A stretch of 64,000 nt of DNA from positions 1-64,000 of the forward strand of contig NIVC01000513.1 in assembly GCA_002269645.1 (NCBI GenBank), in the 5' to 3' direction. Numbering within the stretch: position 1 is the first letter of the stretch; every line of letters starts with the position of its first letter. Position numbers and translations under genes: made by a program. Below, piece by piece: positions 11,833 through 24,568 of the stretch. This stretch comes from Macrostomum lignano (lineage: Eukaryota). The notes beneath the pieces are model-generated. The model saw only the letters and a list, made by a program, of their open reading frames with translations. It had not been told where the DNA came from and searched no databases.

Positions 11833-13577
11833 CTAGCCATTTAGCCCCCCGCTGGGGGGGGGCTTAAAAATGACACCAAATTGTCATGAATCAAAACTTT
11901 CATCAGCCAAAAAAGTTTACTTTATCAACCCAATACTCTTTCTCAATCAGCAAATAGTGCTTATCCTTTCACGCACAAACTCTTAGTGCATATTGTCACT
12001 GGCCGGGGCATATTCTGGTCTACAGCAGGAGCTCACGGCCTTGGACCCCTTATTATTAGCCTAACTGAAAGAACAAAACCTTTATTAAATACAGGTATTT
12101 CCTATTAGAAGAAATCAGCATCACTTGTGTGTACTATTTCATTATCCTAAATACATGAGCTACTTGAGCCGTACTACTTGACGATCTTACAATGGCTCAG
12201 CAACCTAACCCCCTCCCCAACAATTCAGCCATCCCCTATGAGCCACGATAGTCCAAGGGCTATCTCAAGACCCCAGTAGGCCTTAATATCTCAGTACTTT
12301 CCCCAGTTAATCTTGGCATCTGAGGAATTCCCTCATTAAACATCGACATCACAGCAATTAAACTCGAGCGTTGACATCTATGCAATTTGCCCAGCCCAGT
12401 AAGCTGTGAAATCTTTAGCAATCTACACCCCCGTTGGAGAGCAAAGAAAGAATGTAATAATTTTAATAATGATGTAATCTACCAAGCATCTCCGAGACAG
12501 CAAGCATTCCCCAGACAGCAAAAAATCCCACAGACAACAAGCATTCCACAAACTGCACGCAGCCGCTGAGCATTGATCTATCCCTTGCATATACTATATA
12601 GTGGCGCCAGTCAGCAAGCATCCAACAGACGTAGCAAGCACCGGAGACCCGGGGCACGCACAGACAGACCATTTTTAGCATCAGCCATATATGCTTCGGT
12701 ACTGCAGTCAAATACATAGCAGTGATATACACAGTGAGTGATATTGGTTTTGACAATCAATATGAGAAAATGGACAATCAAAATGAAAACAGCCTCATTT
12801 CGATCGTCAAAAGTCTATGGCCTAAGCCGCAGCTGCTGCGAAGCTGAGCTGAGCTGCTGCATGCAGATCTACGGCTGTTTTCATTTTGATTGTCCATTTT
12901 CTCATATTGATTGTCAAAACCAATATATAGCAGTGAGGCCTATACACAGTTGCGCAATACTTTAAGACTTTTAAAGTGCACTGGCTGATATCTGTAATTT
13001 ATGCAAAAAGCAGGTTTTCGAATACTCGTATTTAATTATTGATAGCTCGTAACATTAGCTCAAGAAGTTGAAGTTTAGTCTATGGTCATAGACATATTGA
13101 CCTGAATTTAGCGGCTTGCGAAAACGAGGTAAGTTGCAAGCGAGAAAAGTAAAATTTTATTAGCTTTACGCGTCGGGTATAAATAAGCACGCGATCACAT
13201 GGGGAGGTGCGACAAAAAGGTGGCACGATTGAAGGCCAACCCCCCCCCCGACTTAGCATATTAGCTGTCTGTCCGAGTACACCCATCCACCAGCCTGGCG
13301 GGCAGGGGTTTTCAGTGCAGATGTACTCGCAATCGCTGGCTGCGTGCTGATTGGGCCGCCACAGCCCTGACTGCAAGAAAAATACATTAATTAAATACAG
13401 TTTTCGAATATCTAACCATCTTCCCATTCGATTTTTTTTCAATGCAATTACACCCACACAATTTAACAAGAATTTCCGATTTATTTAAGCAAGTTTGAAA
13501 TAATCGGTTTAGGCATTCAGGCTGTAGACTGGAATACCGGTCAGACAGACAGATCTAAGAGATTTACTATATTGCGA
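11833..13577 (-). mobile_element. Helitron unit B, complete non-autonomous element (1745 bp)
   Basis: 5' TCGCAATATAGTAAAT at 13577, 3' GC hairpin (CCCCCC-gct-GGGGGG, 11845-11862) followed by CTAG at 11836-11833, and an internal CAGACAGCAAGCAT minisatellite. Confidence 0.75.
12741..12926. repeat. Perfect 54-bp inverted repeat with 78-bp spacer (MITE-like or foldback)
   Basis: 12741-12794 is the exact reverse complement of 12873-12926. Confidence 0.9.
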
Positions 13578-14069
13578 CTAGCCATTTTGCCCCCCCCCGC
13601 TGGGGGGCCTTAAAAATGACACCAAATTGCCACTAATCAAAACTTTCCAAACAAAGCCAAAAAAGTTTCCTTCATCAACCCAAAACCCTTTCTCAATCAA
13701 CAAATAGTGCTTAAATAGTGCTTATCCTTTCAAGCACAAACTCTTAGTGCCTATTGTCACTGGCTGGGGCATATTCTGGTCTACAGCAGGAGCTCACGGC
13801 CTTAGACCCCTCTTTATTAGCCTAATTCAAAGAATCCCCCAGAAAGCAAGCATCACCAAGACAGCAAGCATCACCAAGACAGCAAGCATCACCAAGACAG
13901 CAAGCATCCATTAGACAGCAGGCATTCCTTAGACAGCAAGCATCAGCAAGCATTCCCCAGACAGCAAGCAATTCTCCAGACAGCAAGCGTCCCCCCAGAA
14001 AGCAAATTAGAGTAATGCAGGGGGGATTAGCTTAATACCAAACTTCTGCTCCCAGAGGAGTAAATACAT

Positions 14070-14738
14070 TCCTAATAAACAATATACTAATTTTATAAAT
14101 TCTGTATGTCTGTTTGTCTTTCTGTCTGTCTGTAACGCTCTACATATTGGTAGCTTTGATCAATTTTGATCGCGTTTTCACAAAAATATTTCTCTTCTAA
14201 AGAGAACTAGGTTTCGACTACTAAACAGCTATTAAACAAATATTATAATATTCAACAACTATCAACTACTAAACAACTATTACGTTCAATGGTTAATCGT
14301 GTCCTTTTTGGACAAAAGCAAAGTAATGAAGCGTGGCATTTAAATGTTCGGTTCGGTTTCGGTTTCCGTTTTTTTTTCAATCGTCTCCAGCTCTTCCGGG
14401 TTGCTCATTGCGACAGTGTTGCGAAAATGAGTCACATTCTGAAGACAGACTGTGAATAGCCGAGTCGAGTCGTAGAGTCGCTTCGGCTGCAATTGTTTGT
14501 GTGCGTGTGTGCGCGTGTGTCATTATGTACGTTTAAGCAACGTATAAATATAATATCTCACTGTGCGCTAGAATTATGGTTATTTCTTTCAATACAAATT
14601 ACTGTCTGCAAATTAAATTAAGTGCAGCGAATATTAGACGCAAGTGAATTTTCAAATGAAATTAGATATATAGCAAAAAAACATACCTCCCAGTTACCCT
14701 GACGTATGCCCACGCTTAATTGATTGTGGGACGTCTAG
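14070..14738 (+). mobile_element. Non-autonomous Helitron, plus strand, truncating the RPA70-like gene
   Basis: 5' TCCTAATAAACAATATACTAA, 3' hairpin GACGT.CCCAC...GTGGG.ACGTC then CTAG at 14735-14738. Its 5' part is repeated at 16003-16130. Confidence 0.7.
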
Positions 14739-14739
14739 C

Positions 14740-15728
14740 ACAAGTTCTTCAGCAGAAATTGTCATGGCGCCACCTCGGCAGCCAGTTTGATGGGGTGGTA
14801 CCTGTATTTGTGACTGTACAGATTGTACAGTTTGGGCATCTGAATGTTCTTCAAACCAAGCCCGAGCTTTTTAGCCTCGAGTAGGTTCGGGTCAATTTGA
14901 CAGTATGCACCACTGCAGTTGAGAGATACTGACCCGTAACTCGTTGTCTTTACGCCTTTAATTGCAAGGGCACACCCGACTGGCCACGCCGTGATTTTCT
15001 CTGCGCAAGGACCCATAAAGGTGCATGTGACGCTTTTGTTAGATTGGTCGCCAAGGACCAGCGACGCCTTTGCGCACCCTCCAAACGTTGTTGTGATATG
15101 GTCCGGGCCTTGCTTCGACATCACAATGCCAAGTACATCAAGGATGGCCCTATTGGGAAAGTACACATTCAAGAGATTGTGCATTTAAATGCACAGATTT
15201 TGAATTTTAAATTATGCTACACACCTGTCAGTTCGAATTTCGGCGAGTTCAGAAATGGCATGGAGTCTGAAGGTAACGTCCCCTTGAACATTTTCAGTCA
15301 CTTCGTCGACGGCGCCGCCATTGTCGATGTCGACTCTGAGTTCCTTTTTGTTGTGGGAAATATTATAGCGTTCGTCTGCTGGTCTAATTAGCGCGCCATT
15401 TACAACCACGCTGTTCTCCTCGGAGCATTTTTCCCAATTTGCCTGTAGTTGGCGCCCAAAAAAGCCCTAATCTCACTGGTCTCGTCAACAAGCAGGGCAG
15501 AAAAAAGAGTACCGTCGCCGCCTTTAGCGGTTTTAAACTTGTGTACCCGAGGGGTATATTAGTGCAAAGCCAGCCATTTATTTACTGCATCGGCCAGGTA
15601 TGCAATAATTTTATAAGACCGTCGTTTCAATGAGATGAAAGTATAATCAAGTAACTTGCCTCACTTCGCAGCAACACTCGGGCAACCACCGATGCTGTTC
15701 CACTATGCGGCAGATCCAAAATTTTCAT
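14740..15728 (-). pseudogene. RPA1: Helitron-borne RPA70-like ssDNA-binding protein (OB folds A and B), 3 exons, 2 frameshifts
   Basis: Exons 15728-15660, 15546-15225 and 15149-~14740 read ARVLLRSE|VHKFKTAKGGDGTLFSALLVDETSEIRAF, then ILDVLGIV..LVLGDQS..LAIKGVKTTSYG..IDPNLLEAKKL(R)AWF. These align from memory to RPA1 ARVTNKS..GKLFSLELVDESGEIRAT and NPDIPEAYKLRGWF. Confidence 0.8.
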
Positions 15729-15959
15729 TGTTTGTTAGTATTACTGAAAGAAACGTGTAATAAAAGTAGTATTAGGAATGAGACTTTTTAAATTTTGTAG
15801 ACAGTCACCGGTCTGACTATCAAGAAAAGTTTCGAGCCTTAAACAAGTGCATTCATAGACAAAAGATTTTTTTTTCTAGTTGTAGTCCGCTCTATTAACA
15901 ATCCTAAGCTGCGCATGCTATAGCTATTGCTAAGCTGTGATTTTACTGAAACTACGGTT

Positions 15960-16130
15960 TTATGCCACCCAGAGGGGGGCTACATGGCTAAATGTAAATA
16001 CATCCTTCCAAATATACTAAATATCTAATGTCTGTTTGTCTGTTTGTCTGTCTGTAACGCTCTACAGATTGGTAGCTTTGATCAATTTTGATAGCGTTTT
16101 CACAAAAATATTTCTCTTTTAACAAGGATA
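15960..16130 (+). mobile_element. Helitron 3'/5' junction fragment of the plus-strand subfamily
   Basis: GCCACCCAGAGGGGGGC-tacatggCTAA resembles the family 3' end. It is followed by A|TCCTTCCAAATATACTAAAT at 16003 and ~110 bp matching 14075-14200. Confidence 0.55.
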
Positions 16131-16185
16131 ATAAAAGGGTAATGTAGAGCAGCTAACACTCGAGGCAATTACAATCTTGAGCAGC

Positions 16186-16557
16186 CTAATAATCAGAAAG
16201 CACCTCTGGGTACACAATGTTCCTCGTTCGATTGCCTGATATCCGAATACGAACATTGGCAGCATCTTTTGCTCGAGACAGCGCAGTGTACAGTTGGCCG
16301 TGGGCGAAGCAGCCGTCAGTCAGTTCGATACCAACGGACACCAGCGACTGGCCTTGCGACTTATGAATCGTCAGACAGAAGCTGGGTCTTACAGGAAATT
16401 GCAACCGCTTAAAGGCAATGGGTAGGTCTACATTGTTCGGCTCCAGCAGGATGCGAGGCAGCAGCACCTCATCGCCTGCGAACTGGCCAGCTGCCACTTT
16501 GCAGCGAAGTACATTGTCACTAAGTGCCAGAACAATTAATCTCGTGCCATTGCACGA
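16186..16557 (-). pseudogene. Helitron RepHel PIF1-like helicase C-terminal fragment
   Basis: CNGTRLIV..G...G..VLLPRI..FKRLQFPVRPSFCLTIHKSQGQSL..CFAHGQLYTALSR..TRNIVYPEVL, the canonical Helitron PIF1 motifs. Confidence 0.92.
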
Positions 16558-16825
16558 TCGCTGGATCCCGACCTGTGGATGGTGGAGATTGCCGACTAGA
16601 ATTCAGGGTCTCTACAAATGCTTTTAATCCTTTGAGATAAAAAATTATGTTGCTGTGGCTCCTTAGCCCAGAGGAACACCCAACGACAGTGTATTGTATT
16701 GTGTTTTTTCAACTAAAACTCATCACATCTACTGGCTGTTTGCTATGCAATATATATTGTAATAGAAACTAAAGCGAGCGTTAAAAAATGCTTCAATGTT
16801 TATTTATGGACATGTAAGGGTATGA

Positions 16826-17164
16826 CACTGCACTCGCATATCGTGCAAAACGCATTGGCGCGATACAGGATTTTCTTGGTTTTAGAACTAGTCGGTATTT
16901 GTCTATTGCGAAAGCCGCTTCAGCGCTGTTTAAAAAAAGCAAATCTTTACCAAATCTGTTTAGAGAGCACAACGGAACTATTTTGAGCATTGTTGCTCTC
17001 CAAAAATGCTTCTTTTCAATTCTAAAAAATTGGTGGAGTACACCTCGAACGAAACACATACTGGATTTACAATATTTGGAAGTCAAGAGGTGAAGCATTT
17101 AAATTTGTGCTAAAAAACTGCACGAAAAACTGCTAGGAAATTCGTACGATTTGCGAGTGCAGCG
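16826..17164. mobile_element. MITE-like element (339 bp) with 21-bp imperfect TIRs
   Basis: CACTGCACTCGCATATCGTGC (16826-16846) matches the reverse complement of 17144-17164 at 18/21 positions. The interior is AT-rich and no clear TSD is present. Confidence 0.5.
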
Positions 17165-18246
17165 TATCTCGGTCATTTAAGTTTTTACGCGCGCAGAAAT
17201 ACTGGGTTAAGGTTTTAACGAATTTTAATTAGTGAGTACAATTAAAAGCACAAAAAACTGCTATTGCTACAGGAATGCACGGGCTAAGCTGTTGTTTAAT
17301 TTTTAAGCCAACTAACGCGGTGCGCGAAGCATATTATATATCTCATAGTTAGGATATTACGAGCGTATATGTTAGCTTGCAACTCTAAAAATAGCAAGTT
17401 CAATTCCATGCCTTTCATTTGCACCAGCATGAGCCTCTTATGTACTACGTCTTTATGCTTAAGCAAAGTCTGCCAAATTCTCATTGTTTATCTAGCGAGC
17501 CTGTGAGCTCCTAGCTCAAACTCTCCTACAAAATTCTCTTTCTAGGCAGCATTCTCATTTTCGATTTTACCCCGTCGGTTTCTAAGCGCGATGGTCTTTT
17601 TCGTACTCTCACCTTGGCACCCAACCAACTGGGCTTGGCCAGTCTCCTCTCGCCCAGCCCCTGTTCTGCCCTCTTCAATCCTGTCTACTAAAAGACGCTT
17701 TGCCAAGCGAGGGGCACACAGGCAGTCTTACAGCTGGGCTGGACACTTTTGCACAAAGATAGCATCAAGAGTGTCAATTTTCGCGACAGAAGAGAGCTCT
17801 GGTTAAGCTAAAAGGTAAAGATAACCATCTAGACATGCTTGTACCAGCTGTTGCTGGGGGACTGAACGGATCTAATCTGCTTGCTGCTAAGTCTAATGCC
17901 AGTTCTTGTTGATTGACTTCACAGAGTTGCAGATACTAACATCACATGCTTTTTTAAGGTTAATTTATTGCATAGTGAAACATCGCTCAAGCACTTTTAA
18001 CAAGCGACGTAACCAGATCAAAATGAACTCTTATCAACATTATTTTACTTCGTTAGACTGCTCTTATCATGCGCTGACGGTGTGATCCAAATAAATTGCT
18101 AGTTTGAGACGAAACTGAATGCCTACTTCAGCGAATTTAATAATAGTGCTTTACGCTGCGAAATGAATGCGTATTGAAGGTCTAAATTATCAAATGTCTC
18201 AGAAAATCACACGGAAGCCACACACTTCTTCCCTCGTATTCTGCAG

Positions 18247-21200
18247 ATGTCCGCATTCTATGGCCCCGAATCGCCGAGGCCCTTCAGCGTCATCTCCGAG
18301 CGATACCAACGCGACGTGCCAATTCAACGCCAATTGCCCGCCATTGACGACGGCTCTCAGTTCAGCTTCGGCGATGAGTACAATAAGGCCATCTGCGATT
18401 CCGTGTCCCGTCTAGCCGAAATCAACGTTGACGATCTTGTCTGCTATGTCGGTCCAAAGAAGGGCTCGCTGGCCAAAGTACTGGAGCAGCGACTAAAGCT
18501 TGTCAAAGGCATTCAAGAGGTGACACCGGGCGAAATTGTCTACGAGGCGGCCAAAACCGGACGGTAAGGAAAAAAACGTTTTGTGCCACTAGTCTTTGAG
18601 CTCTACATAAATCACCGAGTAGTTTTCTGCATAGTCTTTTGCAAGTTTTGTTTGAGGTTGTCTACCCTAACACTCGGTTTGACATTGACAGCTGTCTTTG
18701 TTCTGGCGCTGCAGGAAAATATATGAAAAACCTCAGCGAGACTCTTTGTTCAAGTCGGTTGCCCTTTCAGAAAACAGAATCAATTCTATTCAGAATAGGA
18801 GGACTCGCTCTCAGGACAGAAAAATCACCATCAGGACAGGAGCATCACCTTCAGGACAGGAACATCGCCTCCAGGACAAGAAAATCACCTTCAAGACAGA
18901 AAAATCCCCTCCGGGATAGGAAAATCACTTTCACGACAAAAACATCGCCTTCAGGACAGGAAAATTGCCTCCGGGACAGAAAAAATCCCCTTCAGGACAG
19001 GAGCATCCTTCAGGACAGGAACATCGCCTTCAGGACAGGAACATCGTCTCCTGGACAGGAAAATCTCCTTCAGGACAGGAACATCGCCTCCGGGACAGGA
19101 AAATCACTTTCAGGACAGTAGCATCACCTTCAGGACAGACGTGATACCTAATGGCAAAAGTATCCTTCAGAACAGATGTACCATCTTTAGAACATGTACG
19201 AGTATATTATCTTCACTACTGAGGGCAGGATAATGTCATGGACCGTCAGTTTAAGGTCCAGTTGTAATCCAATACTACGAGTACTTCGTAGTACAAAACA
19301 ATGTAAAAACTGTGGTCTATATCCTACTTTTATCCCCATCCCAAAACTTTTAACATATCCCGATGCCATTTAAATCCGTGTGCCACTGCAGTCTGATCCC
19401 AGTCTCGGTGGTGAACAGTGAAGCTGAAGAGCACTTTAGTCAACTCGCTTCCCAACGCGATGACGACGAAGACTCACCTCCGATACGCTACGACAAGGTG
19501 ATTGTTCGCGACTCGCTCGAGTACCTTCAGGATCGGAAGACGTTCTACATGAACGCGATGCGCTGCCTTCGACCCCAGGGAAGCCTGTTGATAATCCAGC
19601 GACCAGCCGACATGATCACGCTGCCGTACTACTCGGAAGCCAGGGACCGGGTGCAAGACTCCGACGTACCGGTGGTGGACACGATCAACGAGATTCAATC
19701 TTTAGGATTCGATGTTGAATGGGATGTAAGCAATCACTTTATGATGCTACTACCACTAATATAATAGAGTTTGTAGTTGGCATGTATAGTTATGCCTAAT
19801 TTACTTACTGGTCATATTTTCTTGAACTCGATGCCTGATAGACAGTTTTCTTACAGACAGTACTCGAAACAGTCTTTGATACACTGTCTAACAGTCTTTG
19901 AGATACTGTCTAACAGTCTTTGAGATACTGTCTAACAGTCTTTGAGATACTGTCTAACAGTCTTTGATACACTGTCTAACAGTCTTTAATACACTGTCTA
20001 ACAGTCTTTGAGATACTGTCTAACAGTCTTTGAGACACTGTCTAACAGTCTTTGAGACACTGTCTAACAGTCTTTAATACACTGTCTAACAGTCTTTGAA
20101 ACACTGTCTAACAGTCTTTAATACACTGTCTAACAGTCTTTAATACACTGTCTAACAGTCTTTGATACACTGTCTAACAGTCTTTGAGACACTGTCTAAC
20201 AGTCTTTAATACACTGTCTAACAGTCTTTGAGACACTGTCTAACAGTCTTTGAGACACTGTCTAACAGTCTTTGAGACACTGTCTAACAGTCTTTGAGAC
20301 ACTGTCTAACAGTCTTTGAGACACTGTCTAACAGTCTTTGAGATACTGTCTAACAGTCTTTGAGACACTGTCTAACAGTCTTTGAGACACTGTCTAACAG
20401 TCTTTGATACACTGTCTAACAGTCTTTGATACACTGTCTAACAGTCTTTGATACACTGTCTAACAGTCTTTGAGACACTGTCTAACAGTCTTTGAGATAC
20501 TGTCTAACAGTCTTTGAGACACTGTCTAACAGTCTTTGAGACACTGTCTAACAGTCTTTGAGACACTGTCTAACAGTCTTTGAGACACTGTCTAACAGTC
20601 TTTAATACACTGTCTAACAGTCTTTGAGACACTGTCTAACAGTCTTTGATACACTGTCTAACAGTCTTTGATACACTGTCTAACAGTCTTTGAGACACTG
20701 TCTAACAGTCTTTGAGACACTGTCTAACAGTCTTTAATACACTGTCTAACAGTCTTTGAGACACTGTCTAACAGTCTTTGAGACACTGTCTAACAGTCTT
20801 TGAGACACTGTCTAACAGTCTTTGAGATACTGTCTAACAGTCTTTGAGACACTGTCTAACAGTCTTTGAGACACTGTCTAACAGTCTTTGATACACTGTC
20901 TAACAGTCTTTGATACACTGTCTAACAGTCTTTGAGACACTGTCTAACAGTCTTTGAGACACTGTCTAACAGTCTTTAATACACTGTCTAACAGTCTTTG
21001 AGACACTGTCTAACAGTCTTTGAGACACTGTCTAACAGTCTTTAATACACTGTCTAACAGTCTTTGATACACTGTCTAACAGTCTTTGAGACACTGTCTA
21101 ACAGTCTTTGAGACACTGTCTAACAGTCTTTGAGATACTGTCTAACAGTCTTTGAGACACTGTCTAACAGTCTTTGAGACACTGTCTAACAGTCTTTGAT

Positions 21201-21908
21201 ACACTGTCTAACAGTCTTTGATACACTGTCTAACAGTCTTTGAGACACTGTCTAACAGTCTTTGAGACACTGTCTAACAGTCTTTAATACACTGTCTAAC
21301 AGTCTTTGAGACACTGTCTAACAGTCTTTGAGACACTGTATTTGAGGCACTGTCCAATAGGCTTTGAGGCACTAACAGGCTTTAGACATTGCCTAAGAGT
21401 TTTTTATGCTCAAGTTTGCGATATAAGTTATAACAAATGATTTTCGCAGATAATCGCTCTGCCAGTGCTGCTAAGCCGGACTCAGTGGCTCAGCCTGCTG
21501 TACCATCGCTATCCCAACCACCTGGAGGTGACATCGGATGCGGACGTGACCTCCGGGGTTCGAGAACTATCCGAAGGTTCCCTAAAGTACATGTGGGACC
21601 GCCTGGAGTTCACCGATCGCCTTCTGTTTGTCAGCGTCAGCCAGCCGCTGCAGTCGGACGCGCTGCCCGAGTGTCGGCGACACGGCGGCTCGGTGCTGAC
21701 CACGGAGCCGGCGCCGTTGATCTTCACCATGCCGATATCGCCGGAGATGCGCCCGATGGTGCGCGACGACAACTCGGAGGAGCTGGAGCGGAGGCGACGA
21801 CTGGCTGCGGAGTCCAGGAAGGAATGGTTTGGCACCTTCTGCATGGAGAACTGGCGACACGTGGACTCCAGCGTGATTCCGTCTCAGCTGACCAGTCGGC
21901 GGGTGTGA
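18247..21908 (+). CDS. Class I SAM-dependent methyltransferase-like protein, 3 exons (18247-18563, 19392-19725, 21450-21908), 369 aa
   Basis: GT-AG introns with consistent phases (2, 0). YDKVIVRDSLEYLQDRKTFYMNAMRCLRPQGSLLII and the C-terminal RY..HL..SD.D...GV.E....D.LEFTDRLLFV resemble type-11 methyltransferases. Motif I reads VCYVGPKKG. Confidence 0.75.
18805..19140. repeat. Intronic minisatellite, 20-21 bp unit CAGGACAGGAACATCGCCTT
   Basis: Degenerate tandem array in intron 1 of the methyltransferase gene. Confidence 0.85.
19873..21340. repeat. Intronic minisatellite, 22-bp unit TCTAACAGTCTTTGAGACACTG, ~66 copies
   Basis: Highly homogeneous and fills most of intron 2. Confidence 0.97.
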
Positions 21909-21992
21909 CTTCCGGCTAGGGAGCAGGTTGTGACTTCCGGCTAGGGAGCAGGTTGTGACTTCGGGTTGGGGAGCTGGGTGTGACTTCCGGTT
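21903..21992. repeat. 25-bp repeat GTGACTTCCGGCTAGGGAGCAGGTT, ~3.5 copies, overlapping the stop codon
   Basis: Four GTGACTTC(C/G)GG cores. The first contains the TGA stop. Confidence 0.85.
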
Positions 21993-22686
21993 TTATAGTG
22001 TGGGTCTTCAAGTTCGAATTGCTGTGAGATCTTTAAAAACCTTAAATTATAATATTAAACATTTTTACTTAGGAACGCCGGTTCAATGCCTAAATTTCTG
22101 TTTATGAAATAAATGATATGATAATTAGCTATTGTATTCGCTAAAACTATACATTATGTACAGTAGATGCATGAGAATCTCTGCGGAAATATTTTGTTTT
22201 TATAAATAAACAGCACTGGGCATTTTAATTCTTCAGCGTAAAATGATGTATGCTTTGTAGAAACTTTGTTGTTTATCAATGATCAGTTCAGTTTGACCTA
22301 CAAGACATTCTCTCCCAAATTTAGGGATGGAAAAATGTCGAATAGCATATGAATGTAAAGTCCAACCCGAGTTCTTAACGTAAACAACCAGAAGTTACAG
22401 TCCTCTTGGGAGCTAATTAGAACATCGTAAATGGCGGAAACTCTGTCTGACGGGCCAGTAGGTCCCCTGCTGCGCAACTGAGCGAGAAATTTACCCAAAT
22501 GTGGCATGAGCACAGACAAACAAGCAGTACAACGCTTGGGTAAATGTTTATCCTGTTAGATCCCCCAAGAGATCCAGGAGCCAGCGATCTGCAGTGAATC
22601 TGCTTTTAGCAGGGACCCACGTCACCGACTGTTTTGACATCCAGATAGATAGAAGAAGGCTAGAAAGATAGATCTATCTATCTATC

Positions 22687-23817
<1,131 letters not shown>

Positions 23818-24134
23818 CTCGTGCGAATTTCCTACAAGTGCAGTGAGGCACAGCTTCAAGGAGAAGATTGATGTCTCCCCAGAGGCCACACGGCAGCCAA
23901 TTCTGCCCCATGCGGAGCTTCTCCGGTTCAATTTGTAGCAAAGCGAGCCAGACGCACTCAACTCACGAGGCTTAAAAGATTATGGGAACAGCCGAGGGGT
24001 CCTGCTGCTTATTTTTTTTCGGGATCTGTGCTCACAATTCGAGCAAAGTGATTCCATTCTATTCGGGTCGAAGTTCACGCACTGGATTTAGCCACATCTA
24101 TTGCTTGCTCGTAATATAAACAGAGACAAACTGA

Positions 24135-24568
<434 letters not shown>

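Larger units (their letters stand above)
13578..16557 (-). mobile_element. Helitron unit A, decayed formerly autonomous element (helicase C-terminus, RPA70-like gene, 3' end)
   Basis: In minus-strand order: PIF1 C-terminus, RPA70-like gene, CAGACAGCAAGCAT minisatellite (13845-14005), hairpin, then CTAG at 13581-13578. 13578-13835 resembles 11833-12070. Confidence 0.7.

Noticed and set aside
16590-16600. A further CTAG|TCGGCAAT Helitron-junction-like motif
   Set aside because: There is no upstream hairpin and similarity to the family 5' end stops after ~8 bp.
17962-17973. AATTTATTGCAT, resembling the 3' end of a flatworm spliced leader as I recall it
   Set aside because: Only 12 AT-rich bases match, the terminal G and the following donor are missing, and no Sm site or rest of the leader is present.
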